NCBI GenBank assembly: GCA_963743525.1
Contig: CAVUQH010000004.1
Span: 384,001 to 448,000, forward strand
Reading direction: 5' to 3'
Length of the DNA stretch: 64,000 bases
Origin: an uncultured delta proteobacterium
GTDB lineage: Bacteria; Myxococcota_A; Polyangia; Haliangiales; Haliangiaceae
The notes beneath the pieces are model-generated. The model had not been told where the DNA came from. It made no database searches and was given only the letters and a program-made list of their open reading frames with translations. Positions 28,738 through 44,401 of the stretch are shown in pieces (positions within the stretch are counted from its first letter, which is position 1; the number at the start of each line of letters is the position of its first letter). Position numbers and translations under genes: made by a program.

Positions 28738-29478
28738 GGTGCCTCGTCCTCCTCCGCGCGGGCAGCCAGCGCGACGAAGACATCCTCGAGATCGGCGCCG
28801 TCGGGCAGATCGAGCCCGCGATCGAGCTCGCGCGGCGGACCATCGGCGACCACGCGGCCGTTGACCAGGATGATGGCGCGGCTGGCGACGCGCTCGACCT
28901 CGGACAGGATGTGGGTTGAACAGGAGCACCGTGCGATCGCGCGCCAGCTCGCCGAGCAGAGTGCGCAGGCCGCGCACCTGTACCGGATCGAGGCCGCTGG
29001 TCGGCTCGTCGAGGATCAGCACCGGCGGATCGGCCAGCAGCGCATCGGCCAGGCCGACCCGCTGGCGGTAGCCCCTGGACAGCTGGCCGACCAGCCTGCG
29101 CCGCTCGGGGGCGAGGCCGCAGGTGTCGATGACGGCGTCGACGCGCGCGCTCACGTCGCGGCGCGGCACGCCCTTGGCGCGGGCGCGAAAGGCGAGCAGC
29201 TCGCCGACGCGCATGTCCGGCCACAGCGGCGTCGACTCGGGGAGATATCCGACCCGCGCGACCGCATCGGCCCGCTCGCGCTCGAGATCGAAGCCGTCGA
29301 TGCGCGCGCGCCCCTCGTCGGCATCGAGAAAGCCTGTGAGAATGCGCATGGTCGTGGTCTTACCGGCGCCGTTCGGGCCGACGAAGCCGACCACCTCGCC
29401 ACGCTCGATGGTGAACGTGACTCCCCGCAGCACGCGGCGGCGTGCGAAGCATTTGCCAAGGCCGACGACCTCGATCAC
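28734..29478 (-). CDS. ABC transporter ATP-binding protein (GldA-like), 1-bp frameshift near 28919
   Basis: Walker A GPNGAGKTT, LSRGYRQR, ILDEPTSGLDP; removing one T restores STHILSEVE...DLEDVFVALA and a stop at 28734. Confidence 0.88.
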
Positions 29479-29563
29479 CCGGCTATGATGACCGCCCGCG
29501 GCCGGTGACGAAAGGGCCGCGGGCCGTGTTGGCGTCCGCCACTTCATCTCGTAGGCTGCCGCC

Positions 29564-30349
29564 ATGAAGTTGGTGTGGACGGCGGCGCTGGTCGCGGCCG
29601 TGGTTGGTGCGGCGTCCGGGGTGGCGAGGGCCGGAGACGAGGCCAGGAGCCCGACGGTCCTCGAGGTCGGGCTCGGCGTCTCGGCGCCGTACATGACCAT
29701 GCAGCTGCGCGGCGGCAGCCACGGCTGCTGGCACGACTACGTGGTCTGGGGCGCTCACGTCACCCTGGCATCGACGTACACCGATGTCGACCTGAACGGC
29801 GACGGACAGGACGACTTCTCGCCGCGCGACGGCGGTCCCAACATCGGCGTCAACCTCGAAGGGGGCCTGCCCCTGTACTGGCGCCTGCACGCGAGCCTGG
29901 TCCAGCTGACCCGCAACGGCAGGTTCGCCGGAGTCGGCCACGTGGGCGAGCTCGACCAGGTCAGCCTGATCGGCGGCACGCGGTTGGCGCTGGGCGAGAG
30001 CCACCCGGCGGCCCTCGCGCTGGGACTGCGCGCCATGCGCAGCTCGGTGCTGCCCGAGGGGCTGCGCCACTACTACAAAGAGCGCTGGGTGCAGGTGCGC
30101 GGGCTGTGGTTTGCCCCCGGGCAGCGGTTCGGCGTCAACGGCGAGGTGGTGTGGATGCCGTTCAACCGCATGGCGCTGGTGCTGTACGGCGAGCTGATGC
30201 CGCGCCTGGGCCAGGTATATGCGCCGGACCAGCGCTGCCACGGCACCTACCCGGTGTGCACGGCCAACTACCCGATCTCGATCTTCAACCCCCGCGCCGA
30301 GAAGCCCTACGCCCAGCTCGGCCTGCGCGTGCAGTTGGTGGCGCGATGA
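29564..30349 (+). CDS. Secreted protein, probable outer-membrane beta-barrel
   Basis: Signal peptide ending ARA; alternating hydrophobic strands; C-terminal YAQLGLRVQL. Confidence 0.6.
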   Translation: MKLVWTAALVAAVVGAASGVARAGDEARSPTVLEVGLGVSAPYMTMQLRGGSHGCWHDYVVWGAHVTLASTYTDVDLNGDGQDDFSPRDGGPNIGVNLEGGLPLYWRLHASLVQLTRNGRFAGVGHVGELDQVSLIGGTRLALGESHPAALALGLRAMRSSVLPEGLRHYYKERWVQVRGLWFAPGQRFGVNGEVVWMPFNRMALVLYGELMPRLGQVYAPDQRCHGTYPVCTANYPISIFNPRAEKPYAQLGLRVQLVAR

Positions 30350-33046
30350 GACCGGCGGCCGGATGGATCGCCGCGGCGGCGCTGGGCGTGGCCGCCTGCT
30401 TCGCTGTGCCGCGGTCGCTGCCGGCGCCGAGCCTGCCCGACCAGGGCTTCGAGTACCGCCAGGAGGTGCAGACGTTCGACCTGACCAACGGCGCGCGCCT
30501 GGCCGTGATCGCCGAGCACGACGCCAACCTGGTCGAGGTGGACGTTCGCTACCGCACCGGCGCCGTCGAGGATCCGCAAGGCAAGGAGGGCCTGGCCCAC
30601 CTGGTCGAGCACTTGATGTTCAGCCTGCGCGACGGCCCCGACGCGCCGACGCTCGGCGATCGCCTGGCGGCGGTGGCGCTCGACTTCAACGCCTACACCA
30701 GCTGGGACGAGACGCACTACGTCGAGATCGCGCCGGCCGGGTCGTTGCCGCAGCTGCTCGCGCTGGAGCACAAGCGATTCGCCGCCGACTGCGCGCAGAT
30801 CGACGACGAGATCCTCGACCGCGAGCGCGACGTCGTCATTCAGGAGATCCTCCAGCGCGGCGACGCCGCCGGTCGGGTCGCCGCCGCGGTCTTCGGTGAC
30901 GACCATCCCTACGGCCGCCGGATCGGCGGCACGCCCGAGAGCTTGCGCGCGATCACCCGCGACGATGTGTGTGACTTCCTCGCCGCGGGCTACGCCCCCG
31001 ACCGGGCCATCGTGGTGATCAGCGGCGCCGTCGACGCGGGATGGGTTCGCGGCCTGGCCGACGACAGCCTGGGAGCGATACCGGCGCGCATCGGGCGGCC
31101 GCGCGCGCCGGTGACGCCGATGACGGCGCGCCCGCCGATACACGTTGCCCTGCCGGTCGACCCACCGACCGCGCTGATCGCCTTTCCCGCCGCGCCACCG
31201 GTCACCGAACAGGGCGCGCGGCTGTCGGTGCTGGCCGACCTGTTGCGGCACCGCCTGGCCGCGCAGGACGCGATCGGCCGGGTGTCGGTGTTGCAGGTTG
31301 GTGGCGATCGGGACCCGGCGCTGGTGTTCGCGCTGGTGCCCGCACGCCCGGGCGCCGTCGACGTGATGCCCGACCGCTTCTTCACCGAGGTCGAAAAGCT
31401 GCGCAGGGAGCTCGATCCGATCGAGCTGGAGTGGGCCAGGACGCGGTGCCGGGTCGAGCTGATGAGCTCGCGCGAGGCGCTGCCGCGCCGGGCGTCGCGA
31501 GTCGCTGATGCCCTGCAGTACGACCCCGGGCGACCGCCGCTCTACCACGAGCTGGGCGTGGTCAAGGACGTCACCGTCGCGTCGATCACCGAGCTCGCTG
31601 CGACGTTCCGCCGCGACCGCGCCCGGGTGGTGCTGACCCAGCGCGAGCCGACCGGCGCTGCGGTGGCGCGACTGGGCCAGCTGGGAGAGGGCCACGAGCA
31701 CGACATCGCGATCTGGCACCAGCCGGTCGATCCGGCCCGAGCGCGCGCGCCGATGGTCGCCCCGCATCGGCCGACGGTGACGCACCGCCGCGAGCTGACG
31801 CTCGACAACGGGCTGCGGGTGATCCTGGTGTCGGGGTTGCAGGAGGGTCTGGCCGACGTCCGGCTGCTGCTGCCGGCCGGCTACGACGACGCGCCCGGTG
31901 AGCCGGCGCTGCCGTTGCTCGCGGCCAACCTCCTCGGTTCGCCCGACCTGAGCCGCTATCGGATGCAGGACAACACCGCCTACTACGACGCGTTCGAGCG
32001 CGCCGGCGTGCGCGACGTGGAGGTCGACGACCACTGGACCACGTTCTCGCTCCGCGGCCTGTCGTCCGATGTCGGGGTGCTGTTGTGGCAGCTGGCGGTG
32101 CCGCTCACCGACGGTGTCTATCACGACGATGTCCTCGGTGATCTGCCGGGATGGATCGCGACCATGCCCGAGAGCAAACCGACCGACACCGAGGTGCGCC
32201 GGCGCCTGCTATCGGGCAAGCAATCGACCAGCGACGCGCTGAAGGCGTCGATGGCGCGGACGCACCTCGGCGACCTGCGCCGCTTTCGCCGCCGGCACTA
32301 TCGCGCGGCCGGCGCCACGCTGATCGTCGCGGGCCAGTTCGACGAGGACCGGGTCGCGCGCGACGTGCGGCGACTCTTCGCGCGTCTGCCGGCAGGCGGA
32401 CCGGCGCCGGCGCGCTCGGGCGCGAGCGTCTCCGGCCCACCCGCAGCGCGCGACCTCGGGCTCGTGCGCCCGTCGGAGGTGCAGCTGCATGCGAGCATGT
32501 CGTTCCCCTTGCCGTCGAAGCTGGCGCCGCACCGCGCCGCCGCCTACGCCATCGCGCGCGAGCTGATCGAGGGACGGGCGGCGGTGCTGCGCCAGGGGAT
32601 GGGCGTGACCTACGGCGTCGGCGTCGATGCCGAGAAAGCGGGTCACCAGCGCTTCCTCACCCTGAGCGCACAGCTGGCGCCGTCCGCGGCGGCCCACGCA
32701 CTGACGGTGCTGGCGTCGGCGCTGCGCGATCTGCGCGCGGGACGAGAGATCGACGCCGACGTGGTACGCGCGCGACGGCGCCTGGTGGCGGGGTTGCTGA
32801 TCACTGCCGTTCAACTCGGGCTCCGCCGCCGACGAGGTGCAGACCGAGGTGATGCAGCAGCTGCCCGTGGACTACCAGCAGCGGATGGTCAGCGCCGTGG
32901 CCGGGGTCACACGTGATGACGTGGCCCGCGCGCTGGCCGAGATGCTCGCGCCCGAACACGAAACGCGACTGCTGCTCGGCACGCGCAGCGCCATCGAAGC
33001 TGGGTTTCGGGCCCTTGGCGCCCGGCACATCGTCTGGCAGCAGTAG
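30346..33046 (+). CDS. M16 (insulinase/pitrilysin) family zinc peptidase, lipoprotein; frameshift near 32808
   Basis: EGLAHLVEHLMF (HxxEH), NAYTSWDETHY, two M16 halves; tail continues in ORF 32837..33046. Confidence 0.88.
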
Positions 33047-33097
33047 CCAGGCAATCGGTCCTTGCATCGAGGTGCCCCGGGGGCCAACAATCGCCCC

Positions 33098-34051
33098 ATG
33101 ACGCCTGCGGGATGGACGTTTCGGATCTTGGCAGCGGCGACGATGAGCGGAGCGCTGGCGCTGACCGGCTGCGGCAGCTCGAACGGCGGTGGCGGCGGCG
33201 GCGGTGGTGGCGTTGACAGCGGCACCGGCGGCGGTGGCGCCGACGCCGGCGGTGGCGGCGGCCAGACGCTGACGCTGACGATGGACCAGTTCACGGTGCC
33301 TGCGGGGAGCGAGGTCTACAAGTGCCAGAACTTCGCCGACCCGTTCCCCGGTGACGCGGAGGTCCAGGGGTTCGAGTCGCACATGACCGCCGGCTCGCAC
33401 CACATGCTGCTGTTCTACTACGACTCCAACGCAGACGGCGGACTGGAGGATTGCTCGGGGCTCGAGTTCCACCCGACGCCGTACGGTGCGCAGACGCCCG
33501 ACAGCGAGGTCTACTACCCGTCGGGCATCGCCGCGTTGATTCCCGCGAATCAGGGACTGCGCGTGCAGGCCCACTATCTCAACACCACGGATCAGGACAT
33601 CACCGCGCACGTCGAGCTGACCTTTCACCTGGCCGCCGACGGCAGCGTCACGGCACACGCGGGGATGGTGTTCATGAACAACGCCGCCATCTACTTGCCG
33701 CCCAGCGGGTCACCGCAGTCGGTGACCAAGAAGTGCTCGGTGCCGCGCGACATCCACCTGATCTACGCCAACAGCCACATGCACCAGCACGGCACCAACT
33801 TCCAGGCCGTGGAGACCGGTTCCGGCACCGAGCTGTACCAGACCGACAACTGGGACGACCCGCCGCTGTCGGCGCTGACTCCGCCGATCGACCTGAAGGC
33901 CGGCGACGAGATCCAGTGGACCTGCACCTATCTCAACGACAGCGGCCAGATCGTCACCTTCGGCGAGTCGGCCGCGACCAACGAGATGTGCATCTTCACC
34001 GGGCAGTACTACCCCGCGCCGGATACCGGCGACCCCATGATTGGCTGCTGA
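33098..34051 (+). CDS. Copper type II ascorbate-dependent monooxygenase-like (PHM/DBH family) lipoprotein
   Basis: LTGC lipobox and Gly linker; CuH ligands HHM...QAHY; CuM ligands HMH...EMC. Confidence 0.8.
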   Translation: MTPAGWTFRILAAATMSGALALTGCGSSNGGGGGGGGGVDSGTGGGGADAGGGGGQTLTLTMDQFTVPAGSEVYKCQNFADPFPGDAEVQGFESHMTAGSHHMLLFYYDSNADGGLEDCSGLEFHPTPYGAQTPDSEVYYPSGIAALIPANQGLRVQAHYLNTTDQDITAHVELTFHLAADGSVTAHAGMVFMNNAAIYLPPSGSPQSVTKKCSVPRDIHLIYANSHMHQHGTNFQAVETGSGTELYQTDNWDDPPLSALTPPIDLKAGDEIQWTCTYLNDSGQIVTFGESAATNEMCIFTGQYYPAPDTGDPMIGC

Positions 34052-34145
34052 CGGCGGGCGGCTGACGGCCGCCTGGGACTGAGCTGCGTTCTCCCTGCGA
34101 TTACGCGGGGGTGCACAGCGTAAGTTTCAAAAGTTGGATCTGACC

Positions 34146-36053
<1,908 letters not shown>

Positions 36054-36057
36054 ACAC

Positions 36058-37371
36058 TCAATCGAGCCCGCGACGCCTCAGCTCGTCCTCGTCGAGGCCG
36101 GCCACGTGCCCGATTTCGTGCAGCAGCGTGCGCCGGATCTGCCGATTCAGCTCCTCGCGGGTGCGCACGGCTCGGGCCAGATTGCGCCGATAGAGCATGA
36201 TGGCCCGCGGCGGCGCCGTCCCGGTCGGGTCCGCCATTCCCTTGGGAAGTCCCCGGAACAGGCCCAAAATCGTGGGCGCAAACGGCGGATCCACGGCCAC
36301 CAGGTCGGCCCTGGCGGGTAGGTCCACCGTCTCCACGGTGACCCCGTCGAGCAACTTGCGCGTGTCGGCGGGCAGCTCGTCGATCGCCTTGTCAACCTCG
36401 GCGCGAAACTCCGCCGCGGTGATCGCCACCGGCTGGGTGAACTCGCCCGACGGGTTCTGCCAGGCCCGTCGCAGGTGGGCCTCGGCCTCTTCCTCGCGGC
36501 CGTCCCGCTCGTAGATGAGGCCGAGGTGGTAGTGGGCGTACGGATCGTTGGGCTGGAGCCGCAGCACCGCCTTGAACGCGGCTGCGGCCTCCTCGAAGCG
36601 GCACAGGTTGAACAGCGCGACGCCCCGCTCGTAGCGCGCCTCGGGCAGATCCGGCTGCAGGTGCAGCGCCTCGTTGACCCGCTCCAGCGCCTCGTCGGCG
36701 CGGGCCAGATCGTTGAGCGCCTGGGCCTCGAGCAGGGCCAGACGCGCGCGCAGGGGCTTGTTCTTGCGGTAGCGGGCCAGCGCCCGGGCGGTGCCACGGC
36801 GCGCGTGCTCGAGCCCGACCAGCGTCGACTCGCGGGTCTTGGGCGGCAGCGTGTTGATGTAGAAGTGCGCGGCCGCGGCCAGGGTCTCGGGGTCGTCCGG
36901 ATCCAGCGCCAGCGCCATGGCGTAGGCAACCTGTGCGTCGCTGAAGCGGCCCATCCCGGCCAGCCCGGCGGCCCGCAGGTGGTGGGCCTCCACCGACCAC
37001 GGCTCCAGGTCCGACGCGATGTCGGCGCAGCCGGCGGCGGCGGCGAAATCGAGCTTCTGCAGCCGCTGTACCGCCAGGTCGAGCAGCGCGTCGTAGTCGC
37101 GCTTCTTCGCCTCGGCGATCGGGCAGCGGGCCTCGGGCAGCTCGCCGCCGTTGTCCGAGTCGTCGTCGGAGTCGAGCAGCTCCGAGGCCGAGGCGGCCGA
37201 GGCGGCGGCGGCGGCCGGCGAGCCCTTGGGCGGCGCTTGCGGCAGAATCAGCCGACTGCTGACCTTCTTCTCCGCAGGGGGCGGCTGCTCCGCGGGGGCC
37301 TTGTTCGGCTCTCGCGAGCCGCACGCACCGACCAGCACCGCGCACAGTGCCGCAGCGAGGGACCGCCGCAT
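36058..37371 (-). CDS. TPR-repeat lipoprotein with C-terminal zincin-like metallopeptidase domain
   Basis: VGAC lipobox, TPR repeats, ILGLFRG...IMLYRRNL...[15 protein letters not shown]. Confidence 0.85.
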   Translation of the reverse strand: MRRSLAAALCAVLVGACGSREPNKAPAEQPPPAEKKVSSRLILPQAPPKGSPAAAAASAASASELLDSDDDSDNGGELPEARCPIAEAKKRDYDALLDLAVQRLQKLDFAAAAGCADIASDLEPWSVEAHHLRAAGLAGMGRFSDAQVAYAMALALDPDDPETLAAAAHFYINTLPPKTRESTLVGLEHARRGTARALARYRKNKPLRARLALLEAQALNDLARADEALERVNEALHLQPDLPEARYERGVALFNLCRFEEAAAAFKAVLRLQPNDPYAHYHLGLIYERDGREEEAEAHLRRAWQNPSGEFTQPVAITAAEFRAEVDKAIDELPADTRKLLDGVTVETVDLPARADLVAVDPPFAPTILGLFRGLPKGMADPTGTAPPRAIMLYRRNLARAVRTREELNRQIRRTLLHEIGHVAGLDEDELRRRGLD

Positions 37372-37411
37372 ACTCGGATTCTACGGCAGCTGACGCCGGC
37401 TGCCTACACCA

Positions 37412-40132
<2,721 letters not shown>

Positions 40133-40186
40133 GCGGGGAGGCTACACCATCCCTTTCCCGGGGGATCCATGTATAGTCCCCGCAGA

Positions 40187-41824
40187 ATGAGCCGCAGCTG
40201 GGTAATGGGTGTGGTGCTCTGCGTCGCCGTGGCCGGCGCGTGCGGCACCAAAAAGAGCGATCACAAGAAGCAAAACGGCAGCAAGCCGGTTCCCTCCGCG
40301 AGCGACCGCTACGGCGGCAACCTGCGCACGCACTCTCCCGAGCCGCAGTACCTCAACCCGGTACTGCAGACGCGCTTCGAACGGGTGACGCCGCTGATCT
40401 TCGAGGGGCTGGTCGGCCTCGACGCGCGCCTCGAGCCAGTGCCGCGCCTGGCGCAGTCGTGGAAGATCTCCGAGAGCGGCAAGGTCGTCACCTTCAACCT
40501 GCGCAAGGGCGTCACCTGGCACGACGGCCAGCCGTTCACCGCCCACGACGTCAAGTTCACCTACGACGCCATCATGGCGACCAACGCGCCGACCCTGTGG
40601 AAGGCGTACATGGAGAACGTCGACTCGGTCGAGATCACCGACGACAACACGGTGGTCGTGGTCTACAAGAAGCCGTACGCCCTGAACCTGGTCACCTGGA
40701 CCGTCGGCATCATTCCCGAGCACATGTTCAAGGGCGAGAAGGACATGACCAGGGCGGCGGCCAACACCGCCCCGGTCGGCACCGGCCCGTTCCGCCTGGC
40801 CCGCTGGGAGCCGCACAAGCGGATCCTCTTGCAGGTCAACAAGGACTGGTGGGACGGCCGCGCCTACCTCGATACCATCGAGATGCTGCTCGACGTGCCC
40901 GAGGACGACATCCTCGACGACTTGCGCTCGGGCAAGCTCGACTTCGTCGAGATCCCCGACATCCGCACCTGGGCCAACGAGGCCCAGCTGCCCGAGTTCC
41001 AGGAGCGCTTCGAGGTCCGGGACGTGGTCGAGCCCAGCTTCCAGGTCATCGCCTGGAACCTGACCCGCGACCGTTTCGCCGACGTCCGCGTGCGCAAGGC
41101 GCTGACCCACGCGCTCAACCGCGGCCGGGTCATCGACGACGTGCTGATGGGCCAGGCGCGGCCGCTGTCGGCGCCGTTCTTCCCCAACATGTGGGGCGCC
41201 GACCCGTCGATCGCGCCGATTCCGTTCGATCTCGACAAGGCGGTCAAGCTGCTCGACGAGGCCGGCTACCCGTCCAAGAACGGCCATCGCTTCGGCATCG
41301 ACATGATGGTGTCGGAGTCGTCGCGCGGCTACACCACCGACGCGGTGCTGGCGATCTTCCGCCATGACCTGGCGGCCATCGGCATCGACCTCAAGGTCGA
41401 CTACGTCAGTCCGACCGAGTTCTCCAACCGCGCCATCCTGCGCGACTTCGACGCCGCCTACTTCGGCTGGCTGCCCGATGTCCCCGACCCGGATCCGTAC
41501 GCGCTGCTGCACTCCAGCCAGATCAAGGTCGGCTCGATTCACGCCGGCTACGCCAATCCGGAGGTCGACAAGCTGCTCGACGAGGCGCGCGCGACCAACA
41601 GCAAGGACGAGCGCAAGCGCCTGTACCAGCAGGTCCACGCCATCGTCCACGAAGAGCTGCCGTATACGCCGCTGTTCGCCGACTACGGCCACTACGCCTA
41701 CAGCCGCCGCCTGCGCGGGGTGAACCCCAACGATCTGGGGCCGCAGCCGCGCTTCCCCGGCGTCGCTCGCTGGTGGATCGCCTCGTCGTCGTCGGAGCCG
41801 GCGGTGGCCAAGCCGGCCCAGTAG
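40187..41824 (+). CDS. Family 5 ABC substrate-binding lipoprotein
   Basis: AGAC lipobox, LRKGVTWHDGQPFTAHDVKFT, PVGTGPF. Confidence 0.9.
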   Translation: MSRSWVMGVVLCVAVAGACGTKKSDHKKQNGSKPVPSASDRYGGNLRTHSPEPQYLNPVLQTRFERVTPLIFEGLVGLDARLEPVPRLAQSWKISESGKVVTFNLRKGVTWHDGQPFTAHDVKFTYDAIMATNAPTLWKAYMENVDSVEITDDNTVVVVYKKPYALNLVTWTVGIIPEHMFKGEKDMTRAAANTAPVGTGPFRLARWEPHKRILLQVNKDWWDGRAYLDTIEMLLDVPEDDILDDLRSGKLDFVEIPDIRTWANEAQLPEFQERFEVRDVVEPSFQVIAWNLTRDRFADVRVRKALTHALNRGRVIDDVLMGQARPLSAPFFPNMWGADPSIAPIPFDLDKAVKLLDEAGYPSKNGHRFGIDMMVSESSRGYTTDAVLAIFRHDLAAIGIDLKVDYVSPTEFSNRAILRDFDAAYFGWLPDVPDPDPYALLHSSQIKVGSIHAGYANPEVDKLLDEARATNSKDERKRLYQQVHAIVHEELPYTPLFADYGHYAYSRRLRGVNPNDLGPQPRFPGVARWWIASSSSEPAVAKPAQ

Positions 41825-41999
41825 CGATCCCGGCGTCCGTACCGCGCTCCGGGGCGACCCAGCGCACGGGTTGATGCTCTCGGGCATCAGATCGACGCCT
41901 GCGCACCGCAGTCGCGCGAGACGAGGACAGACGAGGGCCCTTTACCGGGGGCGCCAAGGTGCTACCTTCTCCCACTCTTATCTGCCGGGGGACCTCCAT

Positions 42000-43466
42000 A
42001 TGAGCACCATCCGCAACACTGCCTTCGCCCTGTTTCTTGTTACCGGCCTGATTTCGGCTACTTCGGCCCACGCCGATGACAACGCCCCGATCAGCCCTGC
42101 CATCGAGCAAGGCCTCAGAGGCGCCGTGGTCGACTCCCCCTGCCCGGGTCCGGCGTGTAGCGCCGAGCTGCAGCCGGCTCACAACCAGGGGCTGCGGACC
42201 GTCTATCTCAACTTCGACGGCGTCACCCTGACCCGCTCGTTCTCCAACGACGACGCCCGGCAGAACGTGTCGGCCATCGTCAACAGCTCGACCACGGTCA
42301 TCCCGGCGTTCAACCCCAACGACCTGGTCAGCACCCAGGGTCTGTCCCGCGCACAGATCATTCAGCGGGTCATCGACGATCTGTACACGCTGCACGCGCC
42401 GTACAACGTCGAGTTCACGACCACCCGCCCGACCAGCGGCTACTACAGCATGGTCGTCTTCGGCGGCTCCTGTCAGTCGGTGGCCGGCTCCAGCGGTTGC
42501 GCCGGCATCGCCCTGCGCGACTGCGGCGACCAGATGCCGTCCAACATCACCTTCGTCTTCCCGCCGGGGCAGCGGATCGCCGACCTGGCGACCACCGCCG
42601 CCCAGGAAGCCGCCCACGCCTTCGGTCTGGGCCACACCGACGACTCCAGCGACGTGATGTACCCGGCCATTCAGTCGCAGATTCCCACCCACTTCGGCGC
42701 CGGCAACATCATGGGCGCCAACGGCACCAACGACGGCTCCGGCTGCCCGTCGTCGGCGACCTACCAGGATTCCAACCAGGCCATGCTCGACAACATCGGG
42801 CCGCGCGGGCAGGACACCACGCCGCCGACGGTGCAGATCACCAGCCCGGCCGACGGCGCCGACATCCCCCCGGGTGCCCACGTGACGGCGAACGCCACCG
42901 ACAACCTGGCCGTCGACCACGTCACCCTCGAGCTCGACGGCACCGAGCTGCGCCGCCTGGACGCGCCGCCGTGGGAGTTCGCGCTGTCGGCGGTCACCCC
43001 CGAGGGCGCGCACACGCTGACGGTCCGCGCGTGGGACATCAACGACAACATGAACTTCGACCGGATCAACGTGAACGTCACCCGCGGCAGCGGCGTGGAC
43101 TGCACGACCAACGGCGACTGCCCGTCCGGCGAGATCTGTCAGGACTCGGTCTGCGTGACCGACCCGGGCCCGGCCCCGGGCGATCCGTACTCGCCGTGCA
43201 CCGGCAACGCCGACTGCAAGAGCGGCGTCTGCGCCACCGTCGGTGACCAGTCGCTGTGCTCGGCGACCTGCGCCAGCAGCAGCGACTGCCCGACCGGCGG
43301 TGAGTGCCTGTCGGGTACCGCGTGCTGGCCCAGCGAGCCCAGCGGCAACATGCCCCCGGCCGGCAAGAGCATCTGGAACTGCCAGGCCGGCTCGAGCGGC
43401 GCGCCGCTCGCATCGCTGGCCCTGTTCCTCGGGCTCGTCGCCATCGTCCGGCGCCGCCGGCGCTAG
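42000..43466 (+). CDS. Matrixin-like metalloprotease with Ig-like (Big) domain, Cys-rich repeats and MYXO-CTERM tail
   Basis: Signal peptide; QEAAHAFGLGH...DVMYP; DTTPPTVQITSPADG Ig domain; C-x5-C repeats; CQAG...TM...RRRRR. Confidence 0.82.
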   Translation: MSTIRNTAFALFLVTGLISATSAHADDNAPISPAIEQGLRGAVVDSPCPGPACSAELQPAHNQGLRTVYLNFDGVTLTRSFSNDDARQNVSAIVNSSTTVIPAFNPNDLVSTQGLSRAQIIQRVIDDLYTLHAPYNVEFTTTRPTSGYYSMVVFGGSCQSVAGSSGCAGIALRDCGDQMPSNITFVFPPGQRIADLATTAAQEAAHAFGLGHTDDSSDVMYPAIQSQIPTHFGAGNIMGANGTNDGSGCPSSATYQDSNQAMLDNIGPRGQDTTPPTVQITSPADGADIPPGAHVTANATDNLAVDHVTLELDGTELRRLDAPPWEFALSAVTPEGAHTLTVRAWDINDNMNFDRINVNVTRGSGVDCTTNGDCPSGEICQDSVCVTDPGPAPGDPYSPCTGNADCKSGVCATVGDQSLCSATCASSSDCPTGGECLSGTACWPSEPSGNMPPAGKSIWNCQAGSSGAPLASLALFLGLVAIVRRRRR

Positions 43467-43702
43467 CGGAAACGGCGATACAGCATCGCCGCCGCCGCGG
43501 CGACGAGGAGCACGGTGACCGCGGTGCTGAGCATCTTGGCGCGGCGGCTCTGCGCCTTCTTCTGCTCCTCTTCGCCGACACCCGCGACTGAATGGGCGAC
43601 GTTCTTGAAGCCAGAACGCATGCCCATCAGCAGCCCGCCTTTCTTCTTCGGCGGCGGGCTGCGCCGACGCTTCTTCTTGCGCGCTTTCCCAGCATTGCCC
43701 AT
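43463..43702 (-). CDS. Small basic membrane protein
   Basis: 79 aa, Lys/Arg-rich N-terminus, C-terminal TM; TATATT box 7 nt before ATG. Confidence 0.65.
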   Translation of the reverse strand: MGNAGKARKKKRRRSPPPKKKGGLLMGMRSGFKNVAHSVAGVGEEEQKKAQSRRAKMLSTAVTVLLVAAAAAMLYRRFR

Positions 43703-43948
43703 GGGGCGAAATATAGTCGCAAACGCCACGCGCTGGAGCCCAATTTCGCCGCCCCAAATCCAGTGAGGGCGGACGAAATTCGGCCCCTTCGCGGGGGTCT
43801 GCCTTTGGCTCCGAACCATTCTGGTTTTCACGATGACGCGTTTTCGACGCGTCATTGTTGGGTCCGACGGCTTGCCTTTTCAGCACCTGTCCATTACTTC
43901 TGTACGTTCCCTACGGGCATGGAGCCCGCGGACCAGGAGGGTTATGAG

Positions 43949-44383
43949 TTGGATACGTATGGCAAGCACCTCCTCGTCGAGTACCACGGGTGTGACCACC
44001 GGGTACTGAACCAGGTCGGGCGCGTCGAGACTGCGATGCGCGCCGCGGCCGAGGCTGCCGGCGCCACCGTCGTCACAGCCACCTTTCACCGCTTCAGTCC
44101 CCAGGGCGTGAGCGGCGTGGTGGTGGTGGAGGAGAGCCATCTCTCCATCCACACGTGGCCGGAGTGTGGTTACGCGGCCGTGGACTTCTACACCTGCGGG
44201 GCCTGCGAGCCGCTGCGCGCGCACGAGCTGTTACGCGACGCGCTCGGCGCCGAGCGCAGCGAGATCATCTCGGTCTCCCGCGGCATGCCCGGCGGCAGCC
44301 CGTCGATGCGCGTGCGCGAGCACTATCGCGAGAGCGAAGAAGTGCCCCGCATCGACTACACGCTGGCGCGCCAGCAGCGCTAG
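43949..44383 (+). CDS. speD: S-adenosylmethionine decarboxylase proenzyme
   Basis: GKHLLVE...HRFSPQGVSGVVVVEESHLSIHTWPE; AGGAGG RBS before TTG. Confidence 0.93.
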   Translation: MDTYGKHLLVEYHGCDHRVLNQVGRVETAMRAAAEAAGATVVTATFHRFSPQGVSGVVVVEESHLSIHTWPECGYAAVDFYTCGACEPLRAHELLRDALGAERSEIISVSRGMPGGSPSMRVREHYRESEEVPRIDYTLARQQR

Positions 44384-44401
44384 GAGCGCGAGCGAGCCGG
44401 T

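Noticed and set aside
26503..29700. 1065-aa ATPase-permease-GldG triple fusion in the ORF track
   Set aside because: Artefact of a 1-bp insertion near 28919; the corrected ATPase stops at 28734.
29575..32916. Long ORF-track proteins with Arg/Ala/Pro-rich extensions (also 16752..18827, 22414..24795, 39029..41824, 49371..51887, 57205..59703)
   Set aside because: GC-rich shadow frames joined to real genes; true starts were reassigned downstream.
34052..34145. Possible REP/MITE or small RNA between convergent genes (also GCTCGCTTCGCTC at ~24808 and an ATTACGCGGGG match to ~18348)
   Set aside because: Single occurrences or short matches, with no clear terminal repeats or stable structure that I can support.
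43703..43948. Riboswitch upstream of speD
   Set aside because: No recognisable SAM-riboswitch consensus; looks like a divergent promoter region. An Rfam scan would be needed.
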